IMG/VR virus record: IMGVR_UViG_3300028797_000093
DNA: 64,000 nucleotides
Reading direction: 5' to 3' (one strand)
Source of the DNA: a virus
Lineage: Duplodnaviria > Caudoviricetes
Below are positions 8,748 through 18,877 of this stretch, piece by piece; within the stretch, counting starts at the first letter, position 1, and the number at the start of each line of letters is the position of its first letter. The notes below the pieces were generated by a model that saw nothing but the letters and a program-made list of their open reading frames with translations, searched no databases and was not told where the DNA came from. Made by a program: the position numbers and the translations under genes.

Positions 8748-8760
8748 ATAATATACAATT
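8748..8760 (-). promoter_or_regulatory. putative early promoter motif AATTRTATATTAT (representative copy)
   Basis: Exact copies on the minus strand at 22599-22611, 28893-28905, 30849-30861, 31235-31247 and 56671-56683, and on the plus strand at 33989-34001; all are intergenic and point into the adjacent gene. Confidence 0.7.
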
Positions 8761-8771
8761 GAAATTAATTA

Positions 8772-11138
8772 TTAATCACATTTGCTATAATCACAATTAT
8801 AGCATTTTACACAACCAGATTCATGAGCTAACTGAGCACCACACTGAGGGCATTTGTTAGATGCATTTACAGGCTCTTCAACTACAGATTCTTCTGTTTC
8901 TTCAATAGTAGGATGAATAGTAATAACTTCATGATCAAGTAACTTCTGTTCTTCTTCAATGAATCTACCAATAGCATCAGGACAGGAGATACCATCTAAT
9001 CCTTTCTTCTTACAAGCATCACATCTAATACCTCGGAGCTGGTGAATAATCTCATTGATATCTACATTAGCTCTTAGAGAGATAGAGATCAGTCTACCAA
9101 TAGCTTCAGACTGAGCATGGCATCCTCCACCTTTACCACTGATAATGATAACTTCTTTAACTTTGTTATTATTATCATGATTTACAGTAACGAGAATCTT
9201 ACCACAGCCAATCTTAATAGTTTTAGTAGAGCCATAGAGCTTTTTAGGCCTATTATATACATCAATATTGCTATCATTCTCTTCATCTTTCTTTTCAGTA
9301 GAAGAGGTTACAAGAACCTGAGTAGAACGAGAACCATCTCTATATACAGTAGTACCTTTACAACCACTATCATAAGCCAGCATAAAGGCATTATAAATAT
9401 CCTCTTTAGTAGCATCATTAGTAAAATTGATAGTCTTACTAATAGCATTATCTACATATTTCTGGAAAGCAGCCTGCATGAGGATATGATCTTTAGGACT
9501 GATCTCATGAGCAGATACGAATACACTCCTAATCTCTTCAGGAATCTCAGTAATTCCTTTGAGCATACCATGATTATTAACAATCTTCTTAATCAGTTCA
9601 TCTGAATAGATACCATACTCTTTCAACACTTCTGCAAGAAGTTCATTCCTCTCCAGAAGAGTCTTACCATCAAGAATATGCCTCTCATATGCAAATGAGA
9701 AATAAGGCTCAATACCACTACTAGTTCCAGCGATAAGACTAATAGTCCCAGTAGGAGCCAGAGTAGTAACTGTAGCATTTCTCATTTTAGCATCCATCAG
9801 TTTCCATGTACTATCTTCATAAGTTGGGAAAGTTCCCCTAACTCTAGCGAGCTTAATAGAAGCATTAATAGCAGTATTGGAGATAAACTTCATTACTACC
9901 TCAGCTACTTTTCTTCCAAGCTCACTATTATAAGGAACACCAATCTTAACTAACATCTCTGCAAATCCCATAATACCAAGACCAATCTTACGATTTCTCT
10001 TAGTCTGTTCTTCAATCTCTTTAAATGGGAAGCAATTTACATCAATTACATCATCCAAGAAACGTACAGCAGTTTCTGTTACATAACGTAGTTTATCGAA
10101 ATCAATAACTCCTACAAGAGCAGCTTCTAGATTATTAATATCAATAATCTTATCATACTTAAAAATATCTTTCCACTGAATCATTGTCGTGAAAGACTTT
10201 TCAATTACCATATTTGCCAGATTAATACTTCCAAGATTACAAGATTCATTAGGAAGAAGAATCTGTTCTCCACAAGGATTGGTAGATTCATATTCCCCTT
10301 CATTAGGAGTAGGATTATGCTGATTAGCTCTATCAATGAAGAAAATACCAGGTTCTCCATTATTCCAAGCATTATTAACAAGTTTCTCAAATACTTCTTT
10401 AGCTCTAAGAGTCTTTACTACTTTACCATCTTTCGGAGAAATAAGATCATACTCTTTATCTTCTTTAACAGCTTCCATGAAAGAATCAGTAAGAGCAACA
10501 GAGATATTGAAGTTATTAAGTACTCCATCTACGGTCTTACAATCAATAAAATCAAGAATATCAGGATGATCGACACGAAGCATAGCCATCGCAGCTCCAC
10601 GGCGTTTTCCGCCCTGCTTGACTTCCTCGGTGGCTGCATTATAGACTTTCATGAAAGAGATAGGACCACTAGCAATCCCACCAGTAGTCTTTACAATAGC
10701 ATCTTTTTCACGAATCTTAGAGAAAGAAAAGCCGGTTCCTCCACCTGATTTGTGAATAAGAGCTGTTTTCTTTAATGTTTCAAAAATACTTTCAATAGAA
10801 TCTTCAATAGGAAGAACAAAACAGGCTGACAGCTGACCTCCAGGAGTTCCTGCATTCATAATAGTCGGGGAATTAGGCAGGAAATCTAGATTCTCCATTA
10901 TATCAAGAAAAATATCTCTAGTATTGTAATATACATCGGTCTTATCTTTACCATCAATATAGTATCCTTGATCATAATTCATTTCTGCTTCTGCAATAGC
11001 ATTAGCAATTCTTTTAAACATTTCAGGAATAGTTTCTATAACTTCTCCCTTTTCATTTTTCAGTAGATATCTTTGAGTTAGAGTAATTTTAGCATTTTCT
11101 GTGAGTTCTTTCATTAGGTTATTTCTCTCCTTTACCAT
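8772..11138 (-). CDS. nrdJ: class II (B12-dependent) ribonucleotide reductase with C-terminal TSCPD/Zn-ribbon; likely start at 11114
   Basis: PNSPT, QLSACF, GGGTG, QGGKRRGA, TNPCGEQ, CNLGSINL, APTGTIS, KGTTVYRDGSR, terminal CPQCG...C..C. Confidence 0.92.
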   Translation of the reverse strand: MVKERNNLMKELTENAKITLTQRYLLKNEKGEVIETIPEMFKRIANAIAEAEMNYDQGYYIDGKDKTDVYYNTRDIFLDIMENLDFLPNSPTIMNAGTPGGQLSACFVLPIEDSIESIFETLKKTALIHKSGGGTGFSFSKIREKDAIVKTTGGIASGPISFMKVYNAATEEVKQGGKRRGAAMAMLRVDHPDILDFIDCKTVDGVLNNFNISVALTDSFMEAVKEDKEYDLISPKDGKVVKTLRAKEVFEKLVNNAWNNGEPGIFFIDRANQHNPTPNEGEYESTNPCGEQILLPNESCNLGSINLANMVIEKSFTTMIQWKDIFKYDKIIDINNLEAALVGVIDFDKLRYVTETAVRFLDDVIDVNCFPFKEIEEQTKRNRKIGLGIMGFAEMLVKIGVPYNSELGRKVAEVVMKFISNTAINASIKLARVRGTFPTYEDSTWKLMDAKMRNATVTTLAPTGTISLIAGTSSGIEPYFSFAYERHILDGKTLLERNELLAEVLKEYGIYSDELIKKIVNNHGMLKGITEIPEEIRSVFVSAHEISPKDHILMQAAFQKYVDNAISKTINFTNDATKEDIYNAFMLAYDSGCKGTTVYRDGSRSTQVLVTSSTEKKDEENDSNIDVYNRPKKLYGSTKTIKIGCGKILVTVNHDNNNKVKEVIIISGKGGGCHAQSEAIGRLISISLRANVDINEIIHQLRGIRCDACKKKGLDGISCPDAIGRFIEEEQKLLDHEVITIHPTIEETEESVVEEPVNASNKCPQCGAQLAHESGCVKCYNCDYSKCD

Positions 11139-11230
11139 GGATTGGATTAATATAATGTAGAGAAAAATATAGTATTTTATAGAAGTACACTGAGGATAAA
11201 AATATCCTCAGTGTATTCATTTCAATGCAA

Positions 11231-12139
11231 TTAGAAGTAAATCTGATATGTAATGTCAATAGCTTTATTACCAGTCAGAATCTCATTAGAGAAGTTCAAT
11301 TTAGTGATTGGACGGATGTCTTTGAAGTAAGTTAATTTAGAAGGATCTGGCATATCACCAGTATCTCTACCAGAAACTGGGTAAGCTGTGCAAAGCTGTA
11401 GAGTATTGATCTTATTATTCTGAGAAACATCATTGATGTAATCAATACAGTCTCTATCTGTAATACTCATATTAAGTTCTACGTAAGTGTAAATCTCTTC
11501 AGGAGATGTATTATCATATACATCAGAAGTAATATTAGTACCATTCTCAAATACCTGTTTAAAAGTTACACCATAATTTACAGTAAAGTTATCAAATCTC
11601 TTAAAGTAGAAGTAATATTTACTGTTACCAACAGCTTTACCAAAGTAGACATCTCTATTTACATACTTATCACTACTACTGGTAGTAATATCATCAGAGA
11701 TATCACCATACTTAAAAGGAACCAGATTGCTGGGGTCACACCATTTCTTGTAGTTTACAGAATAAACTTGAGAAGCTTCAGCACCACAACCATCAGTACC
11801 AACACAGAATAGAAGAACTTTATGGTTATTCTGATTAGCATTCGTATAGTAGGTTCCAGTAGTAGATTGATCACTCAAATTTGTAATTAGATTAGTGATT
11901 TTAACATCATATGATGGAGTTACTTCATCCTCCACAGCTCCACCACTAATATCAAAGATCTTATGTGCAATAAGACCAGATCCTGGAAGGATCAGCTTAT
12001 TTCTGGTTTCTAGAAGAACCTTACCTGTATAATGGTTTTTAAAGATTACTCTAGTATTCAGACCAGCAGCTTTGTTAAACATCTCTTTTTTATCTTTAAC
12101 TGTTTTTGTAGCATGATCTAGCAGCATAATATTAGCCAT
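11231..12139 (-). CDS. hypothetical protein, probably virion structural
   Basis: 302-aa ORF co-transcribed with the large upstream gene; function inferred from context only. Confidence 0.6.
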   Translation of the reverse strand: MANIMLLDHATKTVKDKKEMFNKAAGLNTRVIFKNHYTGKVLLETRNKLILPGSGLIAHKIFDISGGAVEDEVTPSYDVKITNLITNLSDQSTTGTYYTNANQNNHKVLLFCVGTDGCGAEASQVYSVNYKKWCDPSNLVPFKYGDISDDITTSSSDKYVNRDVYFGKAVGNSKYYFYFKRFDNFTVNYGVTFKQVFENGTNITSDVYDNTSPEEIYTYVELNMSITDRDCIDYINDVSQNNKINTLQLCTAYPVSGRDTGDMPDPSKLTYFKDIRPITKLNFSNEILTGNKAIDITYQIYF

Positions 12140-12148
12140 AGGTTTTAA

Positions 12149-15100
12149 TTACCTCCAATCATTATTTGTATATGTATAGGTAAAGAAGACACTATCATGA
12201 ATATCATCAAGAATAGTATCTATATGATCAGCAGGATTAATCTTATGATCTTCTTCAGGATACTTGATAGTATGGATATGCAGTAAGAAATCATCTGCAA
12301 ATCTATACATATCGGAATATGTATTGTTAGTGTCATATGTAATACCATCTATAGGTCTGATATTACTCTGTAGTTTATTATTAACCAGATAATTCTGTTT
12401 AAATGTATAGATCTGTACTTTATAAGACTTAAAGAAATCTACAACCTGTCTGATATAACTTTGTAGAAGATCTTTAAGAGAAGATGAGAAACCATTAAAC
12501 AATGGGAAAAATTCTGTAATATTCAAATTGTAAGTAGATAGAGTATCAATAATTTGGTCAGTTAGAGAGTCTATATAAGCTCTTCTTGCTTCCAGATCAC
12601 TTTCATTAGGAACACCATCTACATAACTTATCGGATAATCTTCTATAATCTGTTGGATCTTATTATATAGAATAAGATCTCTATTCTTTAAATATTCTGT
12701 ATAAGTTGCTACACCAGTTTCTGGATCTACATATAGTCCCTTATAGGAATAGAATATAACAACATCACCAGATGCTAGTGGTTCTCTAAATATTATAGTA
12801 TTATTAGATAGATCTATCGTATATTCTTCATTTTCTACTAAGATATCATTATTTTTATATATAGTCAATTTATCTTGATAATTATATATTGATTTAATAA
12901 TAGCAGGTACTTGCATATTAGTAGTAACAGATGTAAGTCTAACATCATATTCTACAGGTTCTTTAAAAAACTCTGTTGTATATTTAACTTTCATCAGAGC
13001 ATCATACATAGCTGTATAGCATCTATACTCTTCAAGATTGTTAGCGTTCATGATTCTATATAACAGTTTTTCTCTTACTGCTATATTAGTATCATAAACA
13101 TTAATCAATGCAGGTATAGTTGTGATTTGTCCAGGAATAATAAATTCAGTAGCATCTTCAAATGCTTCATCATATACAACTCTTGCATATGCTGCTTTAT
13201 TAGATGGATTATAAGACAATCCCTTATAACTGCCAAGAGTATCTTCAATTAGATTCTCTATATATTTCATATTATAGGAGAAATTAAATCCATCGAGATA
13301 AAGAATATCTGAAGCATTATCTATAATGACATCTACAGTATCATAGTATAGATAAGTCATTACTGTAAGAAATGTAAATACATCAGATAGTTTAAACATA
13401 GAAGCTGTATCAATATAAGGAATTTTGATAGTCAAGTATTCTTCTAATCTTAGTTTATCATACAGAATTGTGAATATGTAAGATTGCATGTTAGAAGATT
13501 CCTGTATCTGTTGATAGCTGTCTATTGAAATATATTTTGAGAATACATAGTTAAAGTTTTGTTCCAATATGTCTTGCTTAATCTCAGCAGCATTTGCATA
13601 TCTAGACCAGAAAGGATCATCTTCTGTTATTTCATCAAATGATATATAATTAGTATCATCCCTAATATATTTATCTAATGTATCATCAATAGGAACTTTT
13701 AGGAAAGCAAGATCATATTCATCTGCAAGAATATGATGCCCTTCACCATCAAGTGATGTAATATAGTTTCCATCAGCATCAACTTTTCTTCTTTTTACCA
13801 GAAAATATCTGAAGATCTGAATATTAGTCAGACCAAAAATTGTAAGAATGTCTTTCATACATTGAGCTGTAGACTTTTCTTTTAAAATAGTCTGAATATT
13901 CTTACACAGAGCAATTTGATATTTGATAGGCATTCCTTCAAAATACTTTACTCCATAACCTTCCAATAGAGCTTTTACTATTCTCCAATCAAATATATCT
14001 TTAGTAGCAACAAACTCAGATGCTCTATTAACCGTATCATTCATAGCCAGTAAAATAATCAATATAGCAATCAACTGATCATAATACTTAGAATCATATC
14101 TATAGGCTTCTGAGTATACTGTTTTAATTACATATAGTCTCTTATTATTTAATCTATCAATAAAAGTATCTCTAATCTTATAAATGTCATCTATCATTGT
14201 TACAACAGATGGCACATATAGAGGAACGAACTTATCTGCTTTTCTTGCTTTATAAAGAGATATCTCTTTAGCAATATACTTCATATATCTTCTATCTTCT
14301 TTAAGATTAGGATCACTATTAAAGAATACATCCAGTAATCCATATCCGTTAAGAAGTTCTATATTAGATTCACTCAGCAGATATATAGGAGTACTTAGAT
14401 CTGTAGCGTTGAAAGTTAATCCGGCTGGGAAGTATGATTCAAAGTTTTCCAGTACATCATCAACATCAGGATTATAATAACTATTTGTAACGTCTTCTGG
14501 AAGAGGAGGTAAACCAATCAGCATTCTATAGTAGTTATTATATTCTTCATAATGTTCAATATAATAAGCTTCCATAGCTGTGATCAGTTTATTCATGTTA
14601 GACTCATAGTTCTCTGGAGAATCAAGAGTACCATTTCTAAGATCTTCTCTCAGTAGATACTTATTATGAATATAATTTTGCATATTATTCTCCAGATCTA
14701 TAACCATCCAATCCTGAGGATTAGGTGTCATAGTAGAGTTTATCTGAATACCCAATTCAGTAGTAATATCAGTTATTACTTCCATTCCTACTTTTCTCAT
14801 ATTATCAGTAGGATCATCTAGATTAACAGTTACATCTAAATCTTTAGCGATGTACCAATTTAATCTAGTTTGTACTATAGCTGGTTTTACATAATACTTT
14901 GTAGTATCAATCTGAAAATAATAGTAACTTTCATCTCTAGTAAGCTCAATATCTATAATAGTATTACCATTAGCATTACATATACCAGATATTGCCGATG
15001 TAACTGCTACTGTACATGAAGGATTTTTGTATAGTTTAGTTCCTGTCGGAGCCCAGTATCCGTACAGATAGTAATAAATCTGTTCTCCATACTTAGGAGC

Positions 15101-15463
15101 TTCCTCTGTAATATCAAATATATCTTTGATACCAATAATATAATTATTAATATTTATATATGGAGCATAATTATTCAACTCAGAAATTCTTGATCTGGTT
15201 GTTTTAACATCCATACCAATAAAAGAAAAAGCAGCAGATATAACTTCTGCTGGAAATGCTTCAAAGTAATCAAATATAGCAGTATGTTCAATACAATGAA
15301 TATAAATATCAGATAGTCTAATAGTCTCTAAAGTTTCATGCTCAATTGCTGCATTCATATCTTTTAATACAGTATCTAGAGCAAATATCTTTGTATAATA
15401 AACTAGATTATCAATATACGGATTGTATGTATTGGTAATCTTTGGTTCATACCTGTCAGACAA
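12149..15463 (-). CDS. large hypothetical protein, probably virion/baseplate structural
   Basis: 1104-aa ORF; late-type promoter variant (CACA-N6-TA) at ~15503-15514. Confidence 0.6.
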   Translation of the reverse strand: MSDRYEPKITNTYNPYIDNLVYYTKIFALDTVLKDMNAAIEHETLETIRLSDIYIHCIEHTAIFDYFEAFPAEVISAAFSFIGMDVKTTRSRISELNNYAPYININNYIIGIKDIFDITEEAPKYGEQIYYYLYGYWAPTGTKLYKNPSCTVAVTSAISGICNANGNTIIDIELTRDESYYYFQIDTTKYYVKPAIVQTRLNWYIAKDLDVTVNLDDPTDNMRKVGMEVITDITTELGIQINSTMTPNPQDWMVIDLENNMQNYIHNKYLLREDLRNGTLDSPENYESNMNKLITAMEAYYIEHYEEYNNYYRMLIGLPPLPEDVTNSYYNPDVDDVLENFESYFPAGLTFNATDLSTPIYLLSESNIELLNGYGLLDVFFNSDPNLKEDRRYMKYIAKEISLYKARKADKFVPLYVPSVVTMIDDIYKIRDTFIDRLNNKRLYVIKTVYSEAYRYDSKYYDQLIAILIILLAMNDTVNRASEFVATKDIFDWRIVKALLEGYGVKYFEGMPIKYQIALCKNIQTILKEKSTAQCMKDILTIFGLTNIQIFRYFLVKRRKVDADGNYITSLDGEGHHILADEYDLAFLKVPIDDTLDKYIRDDTNYISFDEITEDDPFWSRYANAAEIKQDILEQNFNYVFSKYISIDSYQQIQESSNMQSYIFTILYDKLRLEEYLTIKIPYIDTASMFKLSDVFTFLTVMTYLYYDTVDVIIDNASDILYLDGFNFSYNMKYIENLIEDTLGSYKGLSYNPSNKAAYARVVYDEAFEDATEFIIPGQITTIPALINVYDTNIAVREKLLYRIMNANNLEEYRCYTAMYDALMKVKYTTEFFKEPVEYDVRLTSVTTNMQVPAIIKSIYNYQDKLTIYKNNDILVENEEYTIDLSNNTIIFREPLASGDVVIFYSYKGLYVDPETGVATYTEYLKNRDLILYNKIQQIIEDYPISYVDGVPNESDLEARRAYIDSLTDQIIDTLSTYNLNITEFFPLFNGFSSSLKDLLQSYIRQVVDFFKSYKVQIYTFKQNYLVNNKLQSNIRPIDGITYDTNNTYSDMYRFADDFLLHIHTIKYPEEDHKINPADHIDTILDDIHDSVFFTYTYTNNDWR

Positions 15464-15573
15464 TATTTATCACCTCTCAATAAGGGTTTATATCATTGAT
15501 TTTAATATTATGTGAAGTTTTACGTGTATAAATGTAAAGAACTATAAAGTAATTAAATTAAAGCAAGGTGTGA

Positions 15574-16242
15574 TTGATTATGGATCAACTTTCTACATAT
15601 AATCCATTACCTGGAATTGAAACTTATGCCCCTAATATGAATCCTACACTTAAGAGTGTAAATTCTACATTTGAACTTCCATTCTATCAAACTAAAGAAT
15701 CTCTTATGGATGTTGATACATATAGAGCATTTTTGAAGAATTGTGAAGCTCAATTCAGACACAGTGTTTTCTATACTAAATATAAAGGATTTCTATACGG
15801 TCTAGGATATGATCATTGTCAAATCCATGGTTATCTCAACTCTGAGATGACTAAGATTGAGATGCATCATGCTATTCTTACTCTATTTGATCTATGCTTA
15901 TTGATTACAGAGCATATATTAAATACAGTAGGATACGTTACCACATTTGATGTTATAGAAGCTCTTAAAGAGGAGCATTCACATAATAACATTCCTATTA
16001 TTATGCTATCTGAAACTCCACATGATGTATATCATGAGAACAATTCCTTCTATCTACATCCAGATATGTGTATTGGTAAATGGAAGGTGTTACTTGAGAA
16101 ATATAAACTAGGTATGACTCAAGATATAGCATTTAAGCTACTATACTACTTTAAGAAATCTCTGGAGATTGGTACTACAGATGATGCTGGGTTACTTGAT
16201 CTTCGTGATAAAGTAAAGAGTTGGAGTGAAATGATGAGATGA
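15574..16242 (+). CDS. hypothetical protein, possible HNH-like fold; paralog of 23349-24086
   Basis: HCQIHG...KIEMHH...LSETPHDVYH. Confidence 0.6.
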   Translation: MIMDQLSTYNPLPGIETYAPNMNPTLKSVNSTFELPFYQTKESLMDVDTYRAFLKNCEAQFRHSVFYTKYKGFLYGLGYDHCQIHGYLNSEMTKIEMHHAILTLFDLCLLITEHILNTVGYVTTFDVIEALKEEHSHNNIPIIMLSETPHDVYHENNSFYLHPDMCIGKWKVLLEKYKLGMTQDIAFKLLYYFKKSLEIGTTDDAGLLDLRDKVKSWSEMMR

Positions 16243-16775
16243 ATATAACAGAATGGACTTCAATTATTATAGGACTACTAATTGTACTAGTACTAGCTGG
16301 ATTTGGAGCTTTCTTTCTAATCTTATATAATAGAAACAATAAAGAAAAGAATAGAATACAAGAATTTAGTACTACAGCTAATCTTACTATAGATCACACT
16401 ATAGGAGAGAAACTTGATAAGTTCATCTCAGATAACCTAACTGAATATCTGCTTCTTAATGTTCATATATTGGAGAATAACCAATATATAAATGAAGAAT
16501 TGGAAACAGAGATCAGAGAAGGATTTACCACATATATCAGTGATAGAATATCTCCTATCTTTATGCAACAACTATCTATGTATTATAATATAGATAATAT
16601 TCATCAAGTTATAGGAAACAAGATATACATAGCTATCACTAACTATGTAGCTATCATGAATACACCAGAGGATGATGGTATAAATATTACTGCTAGAAAT
16701 CTACCTGATTATACAGATATGAGGAATTCTGCTGGTGGTAATGTAACTTATTTAGATCCTAGCATAAATTTCTAA
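16239..16775 (+). CDS. membrane-anchored hypothetical protein
   Basis: N-terminal hydrophobic helix IIIGLLIVLVLAGFGAFFLIL. Confidence 0.65.
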   Translation: MNITEWTSIIIGLLIVLVLAGFGAFFLILYNRNNKEKNRIQEFSTTANLTIDHTIGEKLDKFISDNLTEYLLLNVHILENNQYINEELETEIREGFTTYISDRISPIFMQQLSMYYNIDNIHQVIGNKIYIAITNYVAIMNTPEDDGINITARNLPDYTDMRNSAGGNVTYLDPSINF

Positions 16776-16804
16776 TAAAAAATAAATAGGGATACTGATA
16801 AAGT

Positions 16805-17659
16805 TCAGTATCCCTTTCTTCTTTCACTCAAATATTTAGTACTATAAATCTTCATAAGAGTTCTTAGTATATTCTCATTATAAGATATATCTATTTCTCC
16901 TCTATTCTTAGATTCATCAGATACTTCATCTAACATAAAGTCCTGATTTGGATATATAGAGAATCTCTTAACTCTAAATCTAGAGAAGGAATTATACTCC
17001 CTATAATATCCAGTATCTAATCTTAGATTGATATAATTCAAATAGAATATCTTTAATAGATTAATGGCCTCCTCAGTACCCCTAAACTCAGCAGTCTGAA
17101 ACAGAGCTTTTAAGAAGTCTGAGAAGTAATTCTCATGAGATATAAGATTATCATCTCCTATACCTGCTATAGATAATCTTTCCGGAGTTACTCTCCCATT
17201 ATTATAAAGAGCTATTAATCTTCTCTTTAGTTTATAAAATGAAGTATAAACTCCTTTCTGTTTAAATCTTATTGGAGACTTATCAAAAGGAATATCTACT
17301 ACTCCATTTCCCATAAACCTAGATTGTTTGTCTACAAAGAATATAGAATCTTTTCTTATACTAATAATATCATTATCATCAAGATTAAGAACTTCAAAGA
17401 ATCTTCTTCTTGCTTCAGTGATACCATCAGATAAGATCCTATTGTTAGTATTATTATTCTTTAGAATATTATTCCCAACCCATACTTCTCTATAATGCTT
17501 ATCTGTATTATAAAGGAAGTTATAAGTATCTAAATCTATCACATTAGCATTATATAGAACATTGATGTTACACTTTTCTATATCAAGTTCTACTATAAAG
17601 CTTCCTATAATAAAATCTGCATCTATGGTATAATTTTCTCTTTGCCATAGTTCACTCAT
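16805..17659 (-). CDS. possible DNA polymerase palm-like protein
   Basis: IVELDIEKCN (motif A-like) and ISIRKDSIF (motif C-like); weak. Confidence 0.4.
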   Translation of the reverse strand: MSELWQRENYTIDADFIIGSFIVELDIEKCNINVLYNANVIDLDTYNFLYNTDKHYREVWVGNNILKNNNTNNRILSDGITEARRRFFEVLNLDDNDIISIRKDSIFFVDKQSRFMGNGVVDIPFDKSPIRFKQKGVYTSFYKLKRRLIALYNNGRVTPERLSIAGIGDDNLISHENYFSDFLKALFQTAEFRGTEEAINLLKIFYLNYINLRLDTGYYREYNSFSRFRVKRFSIYPNQDFMLDEVSDESKNRGEIDISYNENILRTLMKIYSTKYLSERRKGY

Positions 17660-17667
17660 ATTAAACC

Positions 17668-18177
17668 TCAGGTATTATTAATTATAAATTCCATATCTTG
17701 TTTAGATAGTGGAATATGCATCTCAAGTCTATGTATATCATTATCTAAATTCATAATTCCATAAGATGAGAATACACACTTAGACTGATCTATGAATAGA
17801 AGATCTTGAGGATCATCTATATAGAAACAAGGATATCCATACCTTCTTTCTATAAGATTACTAAGATTTTCATTCATCATTGATCTATACTCATCTCTGT
17901 TATTGATAGCTATAACTACTATAGATCCATTATTGAATATAGGATCCATAATAAGCATTAACTCTCCAAAAGAGTCTATATTGGATAAGACATAATTAGC
18001 ATATATAGTACTATAATCATAACTCTCCATATTATCAAATCCTATATCTGACAATGAAGGCATTAGATTATTAAGAGTATAGATACCCTCAAAATAACCT
18101 GTTAGATTATAGAGCTTAATATTATTAGTATTAAGCATATGAATTATCTCATAAGGATGGGGTGTGAAAATAATCAT
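17668..18177 (-). CDS. hypothetical protein
   Basis: 169-aa ORF in operon. Confidence 0.65.
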   Translation of the reverse strand: MIIFTPHPYEIIHMLNTNNIKLYNLTGYFEGIYTLNNLMPSLSDIGFDNMESYDYSTIYANYVLSNIDSFGELMLIMDPIFNNGSIVVIAINNRDEYRSMMNENLSNLIERRYGYPCFYIDDPQDLLFIDQSKCVFSSYGIMNLDNDIHRLEMHIPLSKQDMEFIINNT

Positions 18178-18860
18178 TTCACACCCTCACCTTCTACTAC
18201 AACTAATAGAGGATCAAACAATAGATCTCCATTAGATTTACATTGTTCTTTATACCTATTCAGATAGATCAATCTCTCCTCTGGATATTTAAACCACTGA
18301 AGATCCAATTCTCTACAGATCCTATCAGCAGTACCAAATGGGAAAGATTCATTATCTGGATAATTAAGCATTAGAGTTCTTATATCTATCAATCCAGTCT
18401 GATATAGTCTACATAGATTGAAACTATCAAAACTCTGATCATAAGAGAATTGACAAGTTCCAGGAATCCCTACATAGATACCAAAACCTTCTGTCATATA
18501 AGCCGCTAATACTTTAAAAATTTCAAACTGAACTTCATTATCTTCATGAGCTCCAAAATATAGCCATATTCTAGAACCCTTAAAGAACACACCAGCTGTA
18601 ATAGCTAATAAATATAGATCAGTTTCTCTACTGAGTAGATAATCAGAATATGTAATTGCAAAAGCATCTTTAGTATCATCTATCAATAGACAGATACTTT
18701 CAAATGGAGGTAATAGAATACTGGCATGAATGACATTATCTGATGGATATATCCTCTCATCAATATTATCATTAATAACCAGTACTATATCACCTCTTAC
18801 TATAGCATTATTTACAGTATTCTCATCACATGCATAGTTTATATAACCTGTAGGGATCAT
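18174..18860 (-). CDS. hypothetical protein
   Basis: 228-aa ORF in operon. Confidence 0.65.
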   Translation of the reverse strand: MIPTGYINYACDENTVNNAIVRGDIVLVINDNIDERIYPSDNVIHASILLPPFESICLLIDDTKDAFAITYSDYLLSRETDLYLLAITAGVFFKGSRIWLYFGAHEDNEVQFEIFKVLAAYMTEGFGIYVGIPGTCQFSYDQSFDSFNLCRLYQTGLIDIRTLMLNYPDNESFPFGTADRICRELDLQWFKYPEERLIYLNRYKEQCKSNGDLLFDPLLVVVEGEGVK

Positions 18861-18877
18861 TAGATCAACCCCTTATA

